This document shows positions 1-11,005 of a stretch of 64,000 nucleotides of DNA, one piece after another. The translations under genes were made by a program, and so were the position numbers. This stretch comes from Candidatus Poribacteria bacterium (GTDB lineage Bacteria; Poribacteria; WGA-4E; WGA-3G), in contig CAXXUA010000005.1 in NCBI GenBank assembly GCA_963663765.2, positions 1,728,001 to 1,792,000 on the forward strand. The letters are read 5' to 3'. The notes under the pieces are model-generated. The model had not been told where the DNA came from. It did not search any database and saw only the letters and a list, made by a program, of their open reading frames with translations. Within the stretch, counting starts at the first letter, position 1, and the number at the start of each line of letters is the position of its first letter.

Positions 1-107
1 TGAAGGTTTTTGATCCAAATTCGGTGCGGTTAGGAAACCGCACCTATCGGCCTGGGTATAGCAGGTGTTAAAAATTCGCAAGAATAATCGAAAACTGAAT
101 AACCCTG
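1..107. repeat. Right end of an ISAs1-type MITE containing a REP-like hairpin (GGTGCGGTT-AGGA-AACCGCACC); left end lies outside the window
   Basis: AAAACTGAATAACCCTG at 91-107 matches the ISAs1 terminal IR ending at 45085; hairpin at ~23-44. Confidence 0.6.
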
Positions 108-221
108 ATAACTGTCTTATCACGAATTCCTCCAATATCAAAAAAACATGCACCCGATCCTCCACATAGTCGCGTCCTTAATATAAAAAGGCAAAAATCT
201 ATCTGTTTTTAGAGGTGACAA

Positions 222-3200
222 ATGAAACGCAACGATACTGTACTCATCAAACGTGTGCTTGAAGGCGATGATCACGCTTTTTCATCCCTCGTGGATAAAT
301 ATCGGAAGCATGTTCATGCACTTGCTTGGAGAATCGTCGATGATTTTCATATCGCTGAGGAAATAACCCAAGACGCATTCCTAAAGGCATATACGGAATT
401 GGGTTCCTTAAGGAAACCGCAACGTTTTGCAAGTTGGATGTACGTTATTACAAGACGTTGTTGCCTGGCGTGGATGCGTAAGAAACGTATACCGACAGAG
501 TCACTTGAATATCTGCAAGAAAATCACAATGAACAATTAGAAGAGACTGTATACTCCGACTATATCGTTGAAGAAAAACAACGAACAATAGCCGAAGCAC
601 AACATACCGTTGTGAAAAAACTGCTCGCAAAACTACAGGAAAGTGATCGCACAGTCGTCACTCTGCATTACTTCGGTGAAATGTCATGTTCAGAGATTAG
701 TGAGTTTTTAGGTGTCTCTTCAAATACAATTAAGAGTAGACTCCGCCGTGCCAGACAAAGACTCAAGCGGGAGGAACCCATGATTAGAGAGGCATTGGAA
801 CACTTCAAAATTTCACCCAATCTCACGAATAACATCATGCAAGAGATCTCACAAACAAAACCTGCTGCACCTTCAGTAAGCAAACCCTTCATGCCATGGT
901 TATTCGCTGCGTCCACAGTTGTCGTAGTGTTGCTCATGTTAGGTTTTGGAAACAGCAAATTCTTGGCACGTTTTCAGCAACCCTATAGTTTTGATGCAAA
1001 CACAGAGATGACGGTTGATATTGTTAATGCCCCCGCTATGGCAAATCTTGTTTTAAACCCCAATTTACAGAAACAACTTGGCAATGTAAACGCGCAAAAG
1101 AAAGACTCTATTCTTGAGCAGGAACCAAATGAAAATTTGCCACTATCCAAAAGAACAAAAGTAGATGGAACATTTCAACATTTTTCACAATGGAATTTGC
1201 CAAAACATGCAAAAGCTCGATTGGGTAAAGGTCAAATTTATGCTGTGCAGTTCTCTCCTGATGGCAGTCAACTTGCAGTGGGAAGCGCAATTGGAATTTG
1301 GCTTTATGATGTGAACACTAGCAAGGAATTTCACCTATTTCCTGGTCCGTGTGGCTCACTTGCTTTTTCACCAGATGGACGTTACCTCGTAAATGGTGGT
1401 GGGAGTTGGTTCTGGGGAGGAGAATTCCAGATATGGGACACCACCACTTTTCAAAGAGTGCATCTTGATAAAACGCCACCTGAGACAGACGTATTGCGTT
1501 TTGAAGAAGATGGCAAAACGCTTGTGAGTATTCAAAAAGGATACTACAATGTAATCCATTCAATAAGCACTGTAGATCTTGAAACTAAACAGGTAGAGAT
1601 ATTAGATACTAAAGAGAAATTCGGACCACCAATGGAGAGTGGTCAAGTGATCGCCTTTACACAGGATAAAGTCGCAACTGCCAAAACAAGCGGTGAGGAA
1701 CGGCAAATAGAGATTTGGGATATAGTGTCTGGGAAAAAGATTTCTACACTTGCAGCTCCTGAAAAAGTAGTAAAATTTACTCATAACTTTGTTGAAGTCT
1801 TAGCATTTTCGTCTGATGGTAGACTACTTGCAAGTGGAAGTATGAACTCAATAGTGCGATTATGGCATGCCTCAACTGGAACACATTTACACACATTCCA
1901 AAAACACATGATTGATCCAAAGGACAGGAATGAAACCACAGCACTAACCTTTTCACCTGACGATAAGATGTTAGCATGTGGAAATGAAGATTCTACCGTT
2001 CAAATATGGGACATCACTACAGGTGAATCTCTTGCAGTATTCACCGAACATGCTGGTAAAATTGCTTCCCTGGCTTTTTCACCAGACAGCAGCACACTTG
2101 CCACTGCCAGTTCAGATGGAACTGTCTACTTATGGGATATTAAGACAGGACAACAATTACCGACACAGATTACTGGACACCCTTCAGGCGTATACAAAAC
2201 TGCTTTCTCTCAGGATAGTTGTACACTTGTCAGTATTGCAACTAATAGAAGTCCAACATTCTGGGATCTGACTACATTACAGCAACCAAATTTGAATTCA
2301 ACAAGTAAGTTGAAAATTGAAGGCAGACGGATAGGAGAAGGTTGGTCTTCATTTTATGCATTTTCTCCTGACGGATCAACACTTGCCAGTATCCACAGGA
2401 CAAAGAATGAACATGATCCAAAACTTACGCATCTGCTTCGTTTGACTGATTTACACACTGGCAAGGAGTTGAAAACTTATAATTGTCGATTGGAATCCAT
2501 TAAGTCTATAGAAGGAAAAGTAGTTTTCTCCCCTGATGGAAAAATGTTAGCTTTGGGTGACAACGGAGTAATCAACCTGTGGAATTTAAAAACTGATAAA
2601 CTTATGAAGATTTCGCTCATGGATCCCAAAAAATATCGTTTTTTTTATAATCAACCTAAACGTCCATTGTCAATCTCAAGGATGGTTTTTTCTCCAGATG
2701 GAAAAAAACTTGTTAGTGGAACGATGGGAGGGAAGGTTCAAATGTGGGATGTGGAATCTGGGATTGAGTTATGGACTTTTCTCGAAGGACAATGGTTTGA
2801 AGAAGCAATAAAGTTAGGAGATAATCGTATTTTTGACATTAGACTTCAAGAACGAATCCTTGATTTAACACTTTCAACAAACGGTAACTTGCTGGCAGTG
2901 ACTTCACAGAAACAAACATACTTTTTTAATTGTGATAAAAAGTCTCAGATTAATGATATGAAGTTTCCAATGACAACAAATACTTTAGCATTTTCACCTG
3001 ATGATACATTGCTAATTAATGGACGAGGTAGTGGCAATATTGAACTATGGAATTTGACAACCAGAGACAAACTCACTACCCTTGACGGCCATAGGAATGG
3101 ATTGTCCCAGTTAGCCATATCACCTGATGGCAAAACGATGACAAGCATAGGTGGTGAAGGTACGATTCTCGTGTGGGATTGGGATGGAATACAAAAAAGT

Positions 3201-3962
3201 TCACCCGAAAAGAAAGATCCTATAAAACAATTTAAGGATAAGTTAACCTCCATAACCTTAGCAAGTTCTGAGCGCGAATTATTTGCACAAGTTGCCGAAG
3301 AAATCAAAAACACCAAAGACAAAGAGAGTTACATCTCTATGTTGAATCAAATTATACAAGACATGTCGGACAAGTTGACCGTACGATTAAATGCCTCACT
3401 CGTTTTGGCTGAATTCTATCGTGAAAACGGTTTGCTGGAAAAAGCTGAAAAACTAATACAAAAAACCGGCTTCATCACTGAAGATAAGTGGTTAATCCTC
3501 GGACCTTATGATAACAAAGATGGAAACGGTTATAACACGGAATTCATTCCAGAAAACACCACAAAGGTTGATACAACCGCAAAATACGATGCCGTAAATA
3601 AACAGGTGAGTTGGCAAAAATGCACAGATGATACACTAAACGGTTATATCCATCTTGGCAAAGATGTTGATTGGTGTGTTGCTTATGCTTTTGCTACCAT
3701 TACCTCCCCTGATGAACGGGAAGTCCAATTCCGATTTGATAGTGATGATCAGGGGAAAGTCTGGCTAAACGGAGTAGAGGTATATGCACATACAAAATCG
3801 CATAGTGCAGAAATTGACAGATACACTGTTCCTGTAACGCTCAAAGCAGGCAAAAACAACGTCCTTGTCAAAGTGTGTGACGAAGAAAATGGATGGGGAT
3901 TCTATCTGCGAATTACAGACCCAAACGGACAACCTTTTGATGATCTGAAATTCGGACAATAA
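222..3962 (+). CDS. ECF (RpoE-type) sigma-70 factor with TM helix, WD40 beta-propeller repeats and a C-terminal beta-sandwich (PA14-like) domain
   Basis: Region 2 'AEEITQDAFLKAY..L..L.KPQRFASWMY', region 4 'EISEFLGVSSNTIKSRLRRAR'; hydrophobic stretch 'WLFAASTVVVVLLMLGFG'; many 'FSPDG..LA...D.TV.LWD' repeats; C-terminal 'DSDDQGKVWLNG...LKAGKNNVLVKV'. Confidence 0.9.
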   Translation: MKRNDTVLIKRVLEGDDHAFSSLVDKYRKHVHALAWRIVDDFHIAEEITQDAFLKAYTELGSLRKPQRFASWMYVITRRCCLAWMRKKRIPTESLEYLQENHNEQLEETVYSDYIVEEKQRTIAEAQHTVVKKLLAKLQESDRTVVTLHYFGEMSCSEISEFLGVSSNTIKSRLRRARQRLKREEPMIREALEHFKISPNLTNNIMQEISQTKPAAPSVSKPFMPWLFAASTVVVVLLMLGFGNSKFLARFQQPYSFDANTEMTVDIVNAPAMANLVLNPNLQKQLGNVNAQKKDSILEQEPNENLPLSKRTKVDGTFQHFSQWNLPKHAKARLGKGQIYAVQFSPDGSQLAVGSAIGIWLYDVNTSKEFHLFPGPCGSLAFSPDGRYLVNGGGSWFWGGEFQIWDTTTFQRVHLDKTPPETDVLRFEEDGKTLVSIQKGYYNVIHSISTVDLETKQVEILDTKEKFGPPMESGQVIAFTQDKVATAKTSGEERQIEIWDIVSGKKISTLAAPEKVVKFTHNFVEVLAFSSDGRLLASGSMNSIVRLWHASTGTHLHTFQKHMIDPKDRNETTALTFSPDDKMLACGNEDSTVQIWDITTGESLAVFTEHAGKIASLAFSPDSSTLATASSDGTVYLWDIKTGQQLPTQITGHPSGVYKTAFSQDSCTLVSIATNRSPTFWDLTTLQQPNLNSTSKLKIEGRRIGEGWSSFYAFSPDGSTLASIHRTKNEHDPKLTHLLRLTDLHTGKELKTYNCRLESIKSIEGKVVFSPDGKMLALGDNGVINLWNLKTDKLMKISLMDPKKYRFFYNQPKRPLSISRMVFSPDGKKLVSGTMGGKVQMWDVESGIELWTFLEGQWFEEAIKLGDNRIFDIRLQERILDLTLSTNGNLLAVTSQKQTYFFNCDKKSQINDMKFPMTTNTLAFSPDDTLLINGRGSGNIELWNLTTRDKLTTLDGHRNGLSQLAISPDGKTMTSIGGEGTILVWDWDGIQKSSPEKKDPIKQFKDKLTSITLASSERELFAQVAEEIKNTKDKESYISMLNQIIQDMSDKLTVRLNASLVLAEFYRENGLLEKAEKLIQKTGFITEDKWLILGPYDNKDGNGYNTEFIPENTTKVDTTAKYDAVNKQVSWQKCTDDTLNGYIHLGKDVDWCVAYAFATITSPDEREVQFRFDSDDQGKVWLNGVEVYAHTKSHSAEIDRYTVPVTLKAGKNNVLVKVCDEENGWGFYLRITDPNGQPFDDLKFGQ

Positions 3963-4031
3963 CCTCTTTCAATATTCACTGCGATATGAAACCTACGTTC
4001 TACCGTATCAACAAGATGGAGGAGAATAATT

Positions 4032-6398
4032 ATGAATAACAAATACGATTCAACAGATTTCTGGTATACGTATCTAAAATCACTCAAAAACCGTGGACAG
4101 TTGGGTGGAAGTGAGGAATTGGAAATGGATACAGATATTCAGGACAAACTTCTCGCGTACTTCAAAACGAAAATAGAAATTGGTGCTTCTGATGGACACA
4201 CTGCACTTCCTCCTAACCTATACGATTACATTCCACGCTTTCCGAAAGAAATACTATCCAAACTACGAGTATTAGCCGGCAGGGAACTTGAGGAAAATCC
4301 TGACAACGGAGCAGCAGTCATCGTTTTAGCTATCGTGGTATACCAATCGGACTATGCGGAATACGAGTCTCTTGTGGAAAAAGCAATGGTATTGGCACCG
4401 AAAGACCTTGCACTGATTTTACATCTACTTCACTGTTACACACACACAACTGGCGGCGGTCTCGAAAGGCAGGAAATTACCATCACTGCGTTGGAAAACT
4501 TGTTTGAATGGGAAAGGCAGCAAGACGATACGCCACTATATCAAGAAGTGCAGTTTTGCTATTGGGACATTGAGATAACACTTTATGACATCTATAGAGA
4601 CATTAGCTTCCACCGTTACAATGTATCAGCACTTGCGGCACAGATACGTGCTTTAGTCCCTCTGGAAAAGACAACGTTCCCAAAAGTAGTAGTCCAAAAA
4701 AACGAAACGCTGGAACTTCTGCTTCAGAAAACAACCAATGATTCAGATTTTTGGGAGGTTTATCTTGACTCTCTTGAAAACCGTGGACTCTCAACACATT
4801 CATGGGAACTCACGTCCCAGGTACAAGCGAAACTTATAGATGCTCTCAAAACGAAGATTGAAATAGGTATTTCGGAAGGATTAACCTCGCTCCCTTCTCA
4901 ACTCCCTGAGTACGTTTCTCGTTTTCCAGACTCCATGCGTTTTGAACTCCGACTTTTCGCTGAAGATATGCTAAAAACGCAGCCTGACAACGGCGCATCA
5001 GCAAAAATATTAGCAATCATTGTTTGGAATGATAAAAACATTTATTATGGAGAAAACGATGACGATCTTTTATACCTTGAACAAGCAGTGACGTTAGCTC
5101 CCAACGATACTGAAATATGTTTTTTTGCTATTAGTCGTTATCGGAGTTTCTGCGATCCTTTGTTTAAACTAACACTCACCGCGCTTGAAAGGTTATTTGA
5201 AGGGGCAAAACAACATGGCGAATCCGGATTGTATCACTGGTTGACACAACTATACAAAGAGGACGGCAGAACGCCTTGCCATATCTATCGTAAACTGATG
5301 AAAAGTCCCGAAGGAAACGCCGAACTGCTTGCAAAGTGTAAACCCTTGATTGATCAAATGCAACATGCATTTCAGCAGAAACTTGCTAAGGAACCGAATG
5401 ACTGGTACGCTTTACGTGGACTCGGTGATATTTATGAAACTTTAGGAGAAACCGCATTAGCACAAAAATATCCTTGGACAGGTCATCAAGATACATTAAA
5501 AGTTCGCTGGAATCAGAAAGCATGGGTGGGAAAACAATTCCCCGGTTTTTCCGCTGTTACTCTTGATGGAACACCGATCTCGTTTTCAGACTACCGAGGT
5601 AAATTGGTCCTTCTCGATTTCAGTGCGAAATGGTGTCCCTTCTGTGCTCCAGAAATTCCGTATATTAAAGAGGTATACAAAGAACATCACGACAAAGGAT
5701 TAGAGGTTATTGGTGTGAGCCTGGATGAAAGCGAAGCGGAACTGCGAGAATTTACTGAGGAACATGAAATTCCGTGGCTCCAGATCTTTGATGGAAAAGG
5801 ATGGAAAAGTGAACTTGCACAGTTTTTCGGTATTAACAGTGTCCCTTCACAGTGGCTTATTGACAGGAATGGAACGATCCTCTCTGTAGATACAAGAGGC
5901 GAACAACTTGGTCAACTCGTGAACTGGACTGAAGCTACGCGGGTTGGAAACGTAATCCCAGAATTCTCAGCAGTTGATGTAGAAGGAAATACTATTACTG
6001 CAGCTGCTTTACAAGGAAAAGTTGTCCTACTCCACTTTGGTTATACACATGAAGATGAACGCATAGGAATTGATACACTCTACAAAAAATATCACGAAAA
6101 GAGATTTGAGGTAATTGGTATCAATGTAGGCGGATGGGTAGATGAAAAGGCATTACGCGATGTTGTCCGAAGAAATAAATATAAAGGACACTTCATTTAT
6201 GCCGATAATGATGAAAAGCACGCTGCACTAGCTGAACAGTTCGGACTAGGACACGGTTCAGGAAGTCGCAAAGTTGACCTGCCTGCTTTGATCCTTATTG
6301 ATACCGAAGGAAAGGTCATTGAAGCACGCTCTGGAAAAGTCCATTCACCTGAAGTTTGGATAGCAAGAATGGAGAAACTCATTGCTACACACCTATAA
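4032..6398 (+). CDS. TlpA/redoxin-family thiol-disulfide oxidoreductase with duplicated helical N-terminal region and a second Cys-less redoxin domain
   Basis: 'YRGKLVLLDFSAKWCPFCAPEIP' (WCxxC), 'FGINSVPSQWLIDRNG'; GGAG RBS upstream. Confidence 0.85.
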   Translation: MNNKYDSTDFWYTYLKSLKNRGQLGGSEELEMDTDIQDKLLAYFKTKIEIGASDGHTALPPNLYDYIPRFPKEILSKLRVLAGRELEENPDNGAAVIVLAIVVYQSDYAEYESLVEKAMVLAPKDLALILHLLHCYTHTTGGGLERQEITITALENLFEWERQQDDTPLYQEVQFCYWDIEITLYDIYRDISFHRYNVSALAAQIRALVPLEKTTFPKVVVQKNETLELLLQKTTNDSDFWEVYLDSLENRGLSTHSWELTSQVQAKLIDALKTKIEIGISEGLTSLPSQLPEYVSRFPDSMRFELRLFAEDMLKTQPDNGASAKILAIIVWNDKNIYYGENDDDLLYLEQAVTLAPNDTEICFFAISRYRSFCDPLFKLTLTALERLFEGAKQHGESGLYHWLTQLYKEDGRTPCHIYRKLMKSPEGNAELLAKCKPLIDQMQHAFQQKLAKEPNDWYALRGLGDIYETLGETALAQKYPWTGHQDTLKVRWNQKAWVGKQFPGFSAVTLDGTPISFSDYRGKLVLLDFSAKWCPFCAPEIPYIKEVYKEHHDKGLEVIGVSLDESEAELREFTEEHEIPWLQIFDGKGWKSELAQFFGINSVPSQWLIDRNGTILSVDTRGEQLGQLVNWTEATRVGNVIPEFSAVDVEGNTITAAALQGKVVLLHFGYTHEDERIGIDTLYKKYHEKRFEVIGINVGGWVDEKALRDVVRRNKYKGHFIYADNDEKHAALAEQFGLGHGSGSRKVDLPALILIDTEGKVIEARSGKVHSPEVWIARMEKLIATHL

Positions 6399-6697
6399 AG
6401 AATGTATAGATATTTCAGATTACTCAATTTACTATAGTTTGGACAGTTTTTCCAAGCATGAGTTGATAAGAAAATGATTCACCGCTTATCTTACCAAATC
6501 AAGATACAACAAACAAAACGGAAACCCTCTTTGCTCCAGCGGAGCAATATGTTTATAGCTACATTGTCAACCGACATCTCCGCTCCAGCGGAGATGTCGG
6601 TTCCAACACATAGCACTCCGCTGAAGTGCAGTATTTTCTCCAGTTTCACGAATATGCGAAATACATAGAAAAATAGAAATACCTTTGAAAACCAACT

Positions 6698-6854
6698 TAT
6701 ACCAATTCAAATAAATCTTGTCTCATTAAGGAATTCTAATGTTTACTGGCAGGGGGTTACTCTCTTCGGTAGGAGCGACCTCCCGGTCGCGACCGTGAGA
6801 TCGCTCCTACCAGATTTCCGCTGATAATGAGACATTAGCAACGGAAAATGGTAT
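6698..6854. mobile_element. MITE family A (TATACC...GGTAT ends, ~156 bp, internal GTAGGAGCG...CGCTCCTAC REP-like pair); copies at 18366-18522, 19245-19400, 55543-55698, 60475-60631 (inverted)
   Basis: Five near-identical non-coding copies visible in the window. Confidence 0.75.
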
Positions 6855-6919
6855 TATTTAGAAATGGTATAACAAACGGAATATGTCCAAACTATTGTCA
6901 ATTTAGGAGAACAATTATA

Positions 6920-9301
6920 ATGGATAAATACGATTCAACAGATTTCTGGTATACCTTCATAAACTCACTCTATAACGAAGGTCTTTCATCGGGTATTGGG
7001 GGATTGGAGATGGACGAGGAAACGCAGGAAAAACTCCTCGCCGATTTCAAAGCAAAGATTGAAGCGGGAATTACTGACGGTGAAACAGCACTCCCCCCAA
7101 GCCTGTCAGACTATTGTTGGCGTTTCCCAAAGGAGATGTTACCAAAACTACAGGCTTTAGCTGAAGGTTTCCTTGACACTGATCCTGATAATGGACCAGC
7201 AGCCGTGCTATTGGCAACTGTTGTCTATACGGAGTTGAACGGTATTGAGTCATTACCTTTTGTAGAAAAAGCATTAACACTCGTACCGAAAGATCCATGC
7301 TTGAATTTGCTTCTGATTTACAAGTTCAGGAGAAACTACGGCGCTGCCAATCTTGTAGATATGCAACTCAGTATTCTCACTGTGCTTGAAAATGTATTTG
7401 AGTGGGGAAAAAAACAAGACAATTCGGCACGTTTTCAAGATGTAAGTTTTTTCTATTTGCGGCAGAGAGTAACTCCTTATACAGTTTATGCAAGTGTGAA
7501 AGCAATTGAAGCACGATGGAAAAAGAGAGAAAAAGTCAAAGTCGTTGAAAAATGCAAAGAAGCAATAGAAAAATGTCGTACTTTGATATACGCGGAACAG
7601 GCACTGTTTCATAAAGATGCAATTCATGCGGCAGAAGAACAACCACTCATAGTTGATGAATCACCCGATAGTGTCAATTTTTGGGAAGCATTCCTTGATT
7701 CACTGATAGACCGTGGTATCTCAACCCCAAGATGGGTACTTACCGTGAAAGTTCAAAATCAACTGCTGAAATACTTCAAAACGAGAATAGAAGAAGGTGT
7801 TACTGATGGACTAACGACATTGCCATCTGAACTTTCTGAGTATGTTGCACTCTTTCCTAAAGCAATACATTTGGAACTTCGAGAATTCGCTGAAGAAATG
7901 CTTGAAAAACAGCCTGAGAACGGTGCTGCAGCAAAAGTGTTAGCCATCATTGTGGAAAAGAATGAGAATCTACTTCAGTTAGGAAATCCATTTCTTGAAC
8001 AAGCAGTGCAGTTAGTACCGAACGACCCAGAAATCTGCTTTTTTGTGTTGAGCTGTAACAGGGATTTTGATGAGTTGTCGTTACTGGAAAAATTGTTTGA
8101 TAGGGCACAATCGCATAGTAAAACTGAATTGTCCAATTGGTTGAAAAAACTTTACAAAAATGTAGGTACAACCCCTTGTCATTTCTATCGTAATCTAATG
8201 AAAAAGCCAGATGAAAACGCTGAGTTGATTGAACGTTATAAGCTGCTGATTGACCAAGCAAAACAAGCTTTTCAGCAACGGCTTGAAGAAGAACCTGATA
8301 ATTGGTATGCATTACGCGGACTCGGTGATATTTATGAAGCTTTAGGTGAAACCGAATTAGCACAAAAATATCCGTGGGAGTGTCATGCAGATATAGAGAC
8401 TGTGTGGAATCAGAAAGCATGGGTTGGTAGAAAACTGCCCAATTTTTCAGCGGCTGCACTTGATGGTACACCAATATCTGGATCAGATTACCATGGCAAA
8501 ATGTTGGTGCTAAATTTCTGTGCAAAGTGGTGTGGTTTCTGTGCACCAGAAATCCCACATCTCAAAAATGTCTATGAGAAACATCACGACAAAGGACTAG
8601 AGGTTATTGGTGTAAGCCTTGATGAAAACGAAGCAGTACTTCAAGAATATATCAAAGAGAATGACATACCGTGGCAACAGATTTATGATGGCAAAGGCTG
8701 GAACACAAAGCTTGCCCGGTATTTCGGTATCAATGGTCTCCCATCACAGTGGCTTATTGACAGGGATGGAACGATCCTCTCTGTAGATACAAGAAAAGAA
8801 CAACTTGGTCAACTCGTGAACTGGACTGAAGCAACGCGGGTTGGAAACGTAATCCCAGAATTCTCAGCAGTTGATGTAGAAGGAAATACTATTACTGCAG
8901 CTGCTTTACAAGGAAAAGTTGTCCTACTCCACTTTGGTTATACACATGAAGATGAACGCATAGGAATTGATACACTCTACAAAAAATATCACGAAAAGAG
9001 ATTTGAGGTAATTGGTATCAATGTAGGCGGATGGGTAGATGAAAAGGCATTACGCGATGTTGTCCGAAGAAATAAATATAAAGGACACTTCATTTATGCC
9101 GATAATGATGAAAAGCACGCTGCACCAGCTGAACAGTTCGGACTGGAACACGGTTCAGGAAGTCGCAAAGTTGACCTGCCTGCCTTTATCCTTATTGATA
9201 CCGAAGGGAAGATCATTGAAACACGATCTGGACAAGTCCATTCACCTGAAGTTTGGATAGCAAGATTGGAAAAACTCATTGCTACACATCTCGGACTGTG
9301 A
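6920..9301 (+). CDS. TlpA/redoxin-family oxidoreductase, paralogue of 4032-6398
   Basis: 'VLNFCAKWCGFCAPEIP'; start reassigned to ATG 6920 (AGGAG RBS; 'MDKYDSTDFW' aligns with the paralogue start). Confidence 0.85.
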   Translation: MDKYDSTDFWYTFINSLYNEGLSSGIGGLEMDEETQEKLLADFKAKIEAGITDGETALPPSLSDYCWRFPKEMLPKLQALAEGFLDTDPDNGPAAVLLATVVYTELNGIESLPFVEKALTLVPKDPCLNLLLIYKFRRNYGAANLVDMQLSILTVLENVFEWGKKQDNSARFQDVSFFYLRQRVTPYTVYASVKAIEARWKKREKVKVVEKCKEAIEKCRTLIYAEQALFHKDAIHAAEEQPLIVDESPDSVNFWEAFLDSLIDRGISTPRWVLTVKVQNQLLKYFKTRIEEGVTDGLTTLPSELSEYVALFPKAIHLELREFAEEMLEKQPENGAAAKVLAIIVEKNENLLQLGNPFLEQAVQLVPNDPEICFFVLSCNRDFDELSLLEKLFDRAQSHSKTELSNWLKKLYKNVGTTPCHFYRNLMKKPDENAELIERYKLLIDQAKQAFQQRLEEEPDNWYALRGLGDIYEALGETELAQKYPWECHADIETVWNQKAWVGRKLPNFSAAALDGTPISGSDYHGKMLVLNFCAKWCGFCAPEIPHLKNVYEKHHDKGLEVIGVSLDENEAVLQEYIKENDIPWQQIYDGKGWNTKLARYFGINGLPSQWLIDRDGTILSVDTRKEQLGQLVNWTEATRVGNVIPEFSAVDVEGNTITAAALQGKVVLLHFGYTHEDERIGIDTLYKKYHEKRFEVIGINVGGWVDEKALRDVVRRNKYKGHFIYADNDEKHAAPAEQFGLEHGSGSRKVDLPAFILIDTEGKIIETRSGQVHSPEVWIARLEKLIATHLGL

Positions 9302-9330
9302 TAGAATAGAAGGTAGGAGGTATAACCGTT

Positions 9331-9789
9331 ATGGCATATTTTATTACTGACGAATGCATCGGATGTATACAGTGTTTAGACAATTGTCCAGTTGATGCAA
9401 TCACTGGTGATCGCAATAAACTGCACATCATTGATCCAAACGTATGTATTGACTGTAGTGCATGTGGCATGGTGTGTCCTGTGGAAGCGATACGAGACCA
9501 GTTCGGCAAAGTGTGCAAGTTTATTCCGCGCCCCACATATCGTCCCAAAGCCGTTATCTATGAGGAACTTTGTTCTGGATGTGACTTCTGTGTGCTAATC
9601 TGTCCGTGGGATTGCCTTGAAATCGTAGACCCAATTACCAATGAACCCGCCGACAGTTTCTTTGGTGTGTGTGAACTTGTGAAACCAGCAGACTGTGTCG
9701 GTTGCTTGCTATGTGAAGAAGTTTGTATCAAAGATGCAATTCGGGTTGAATCACCTATTTTATTGGAACTCGCTGAAGCCGCAGATTGA
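9331..9789 (+). CDS. Polyferredoxin / 4Fe-4S dicluster protein (four CxxCxxCxxxC motifs)
   Basis: CIGCIQCLDNCP, CIDCSACGMVCP, CSGCDFCVLICP, CVGCLLCEEVC; AGGAGG RBS. Confidence 0.9.
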   Translation: MAYFITDECIGCIQCLDNCPVDAITGDRNKLHIIDPNVCIDCSACGMVCPVEAIRDQFGKVCKFIPRPTYRPKAVIYEELCSGCDFCVLICPWDCLEIVDPITNEPADSFFGVCELVKPADCVGCLLCEEVCIKDAIRVESPILLELAEAAD

Positions 9790-9946
9790 GAACTGCTTTT
9801 ATTCTAATGTAGCACAATCTTTTAGATTGTGCAGGTGAGCGCGCATACTGGAAATGGACGCTACAAAATATAGACTAATTATCAGCATTTTTGATTAGAG
9901 ATGGTGTTTCTAGGTCTAAGTCTTATCCGTAGCAGCTTGGGTTATT

Positions 9947-10804
9947 CTAATCTGACTCCAGAATGGGTATAACGTTGTGTTGTACCTCATCTCCCATACC
10001 CGGATAGGTTTTACCCCGAATCCACATGGGCGGTCGTTTCTTGTTCACAGCCTCTGGACGCGTCCATTCTGCTTTTGCATTGATATAATGGGCTACGTTC
10101 GCGCGTCTGAAACGCTCACTGTGGTTATCAGTGCTTTTGTGTAGGACTTGGCTATTAAACCAGACTACTCCTCCTCCGGGGACTTCAACCGCAATACCAT
10201 CTTCATCTCGAGCCCCTTCCGCCCGTCGAAACTCTCCTTGCTGCGAACCTTCAAGTTCCAAGTGGTCACGTACTACACCTTTGTGGCTGCCAGGGATAAC
10301 ATATAAACATCCGTTTTCTTTATCCGCATCATCTATTGCTGTCCATGTAGCGACTGTCGTACCGGTTTTGTACTGATGATTGAAATACCATTTATCTTGA
10401 TGCCACGGGAATCCAAGACCAATTCTGGGTGGTTTCCAAATATACAGATTATTGAGACCGAGAATATCAGGACCGAGGATATCAACAACAGGATCAGTCA
10501 AACGCGGATCACGTGTTCGTGCAAGGAATTCTTCACAATTACAACTCACATATTGGATATTGTGCATTGCATAGATACCTTTTGCATCGGCTTTTCCATC
10601 TATAACTAACGCGTTTTTAAAGATATGATAGTCTGGGAAGGAACGTTTTTCATCAACGACGTCATCAGCAATTTGTGCTAATATATCGTTTTCTTCTTTT
10701 GAAAAAACGTTTAATCGGACAAAGTATCCATTTTCGTTCCACTGTGCCAGTTCGTCTGCAGTCAGTTTATGCGTTCGTTCCTCAGGTGTTACCGTTGTGT
10801 TCAC
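9947..10804 (-). CDS. Phytanoyl-CoA dioxygenase (PhyH) family Fe(II)/2OG oxygenase
   Basis: 'WHQD', 'WTAIDDADKENGCLYVIPGSHK', 'LHKSTDNHSERFRR' motifs. Confidence 0.88.
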   Translation of the reverse strand: MNTTVTPEERTHKLTADELAQWNENGYFVRLNVFSKEENDILAQIADDVVDEKRSFPDYHIFKNALVIDGKADAKGIYAMHNIQYVSCNCEEFLARTRDPRLTDPVVDILGPDILGLNNLYIWKPPRIGLGFPWHQDKWYFNHQYKTGTTVATWTAIDDADKENGCLYVIPGSHKGVVRDHLELEGSQQGEFRRAEGARDEDGIAVEVPGGGVVWFNSQVLHKSTDNHSERFRRANVAHYINAKAEWTRPEAVNKKRPPMWIRGKTYPGMGDEVQHNVIPILESD

Positions 10805-10837
10805 AGATTCTCCCGTTATGTTATATTGGACATGGTT

Positions 10838-10974
10838 TATAGTAGATTTTAGAATTATTATTACACTTTCAGGTGTAGGAGGGAACTCCGATACCCGACT
10901 ATCAAGACGTTCAGTCGCGATTCGGAGATCGCTCCTACAGAAAAAGTGTAAATTTAATTGTATCTTTCACTATA
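10838..10974. mobile_element. MITE family B (TATAGT...ACTATA ends, TA target, IS630/Tc1-like); copies at 11390-~11703 (nested), 57122-57257, 60169-60440 (tandem pair), 61512-61680
   Basis: Near-identical ~136-bp copies; the tandem pair shares a single TA at 60304-60305; family assignment is inference. Confidence 0.7.
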
Positions 10975-11005
10975 ACTATTCTGTGTAAGTCCTTATAAAT
11001 GAAGA

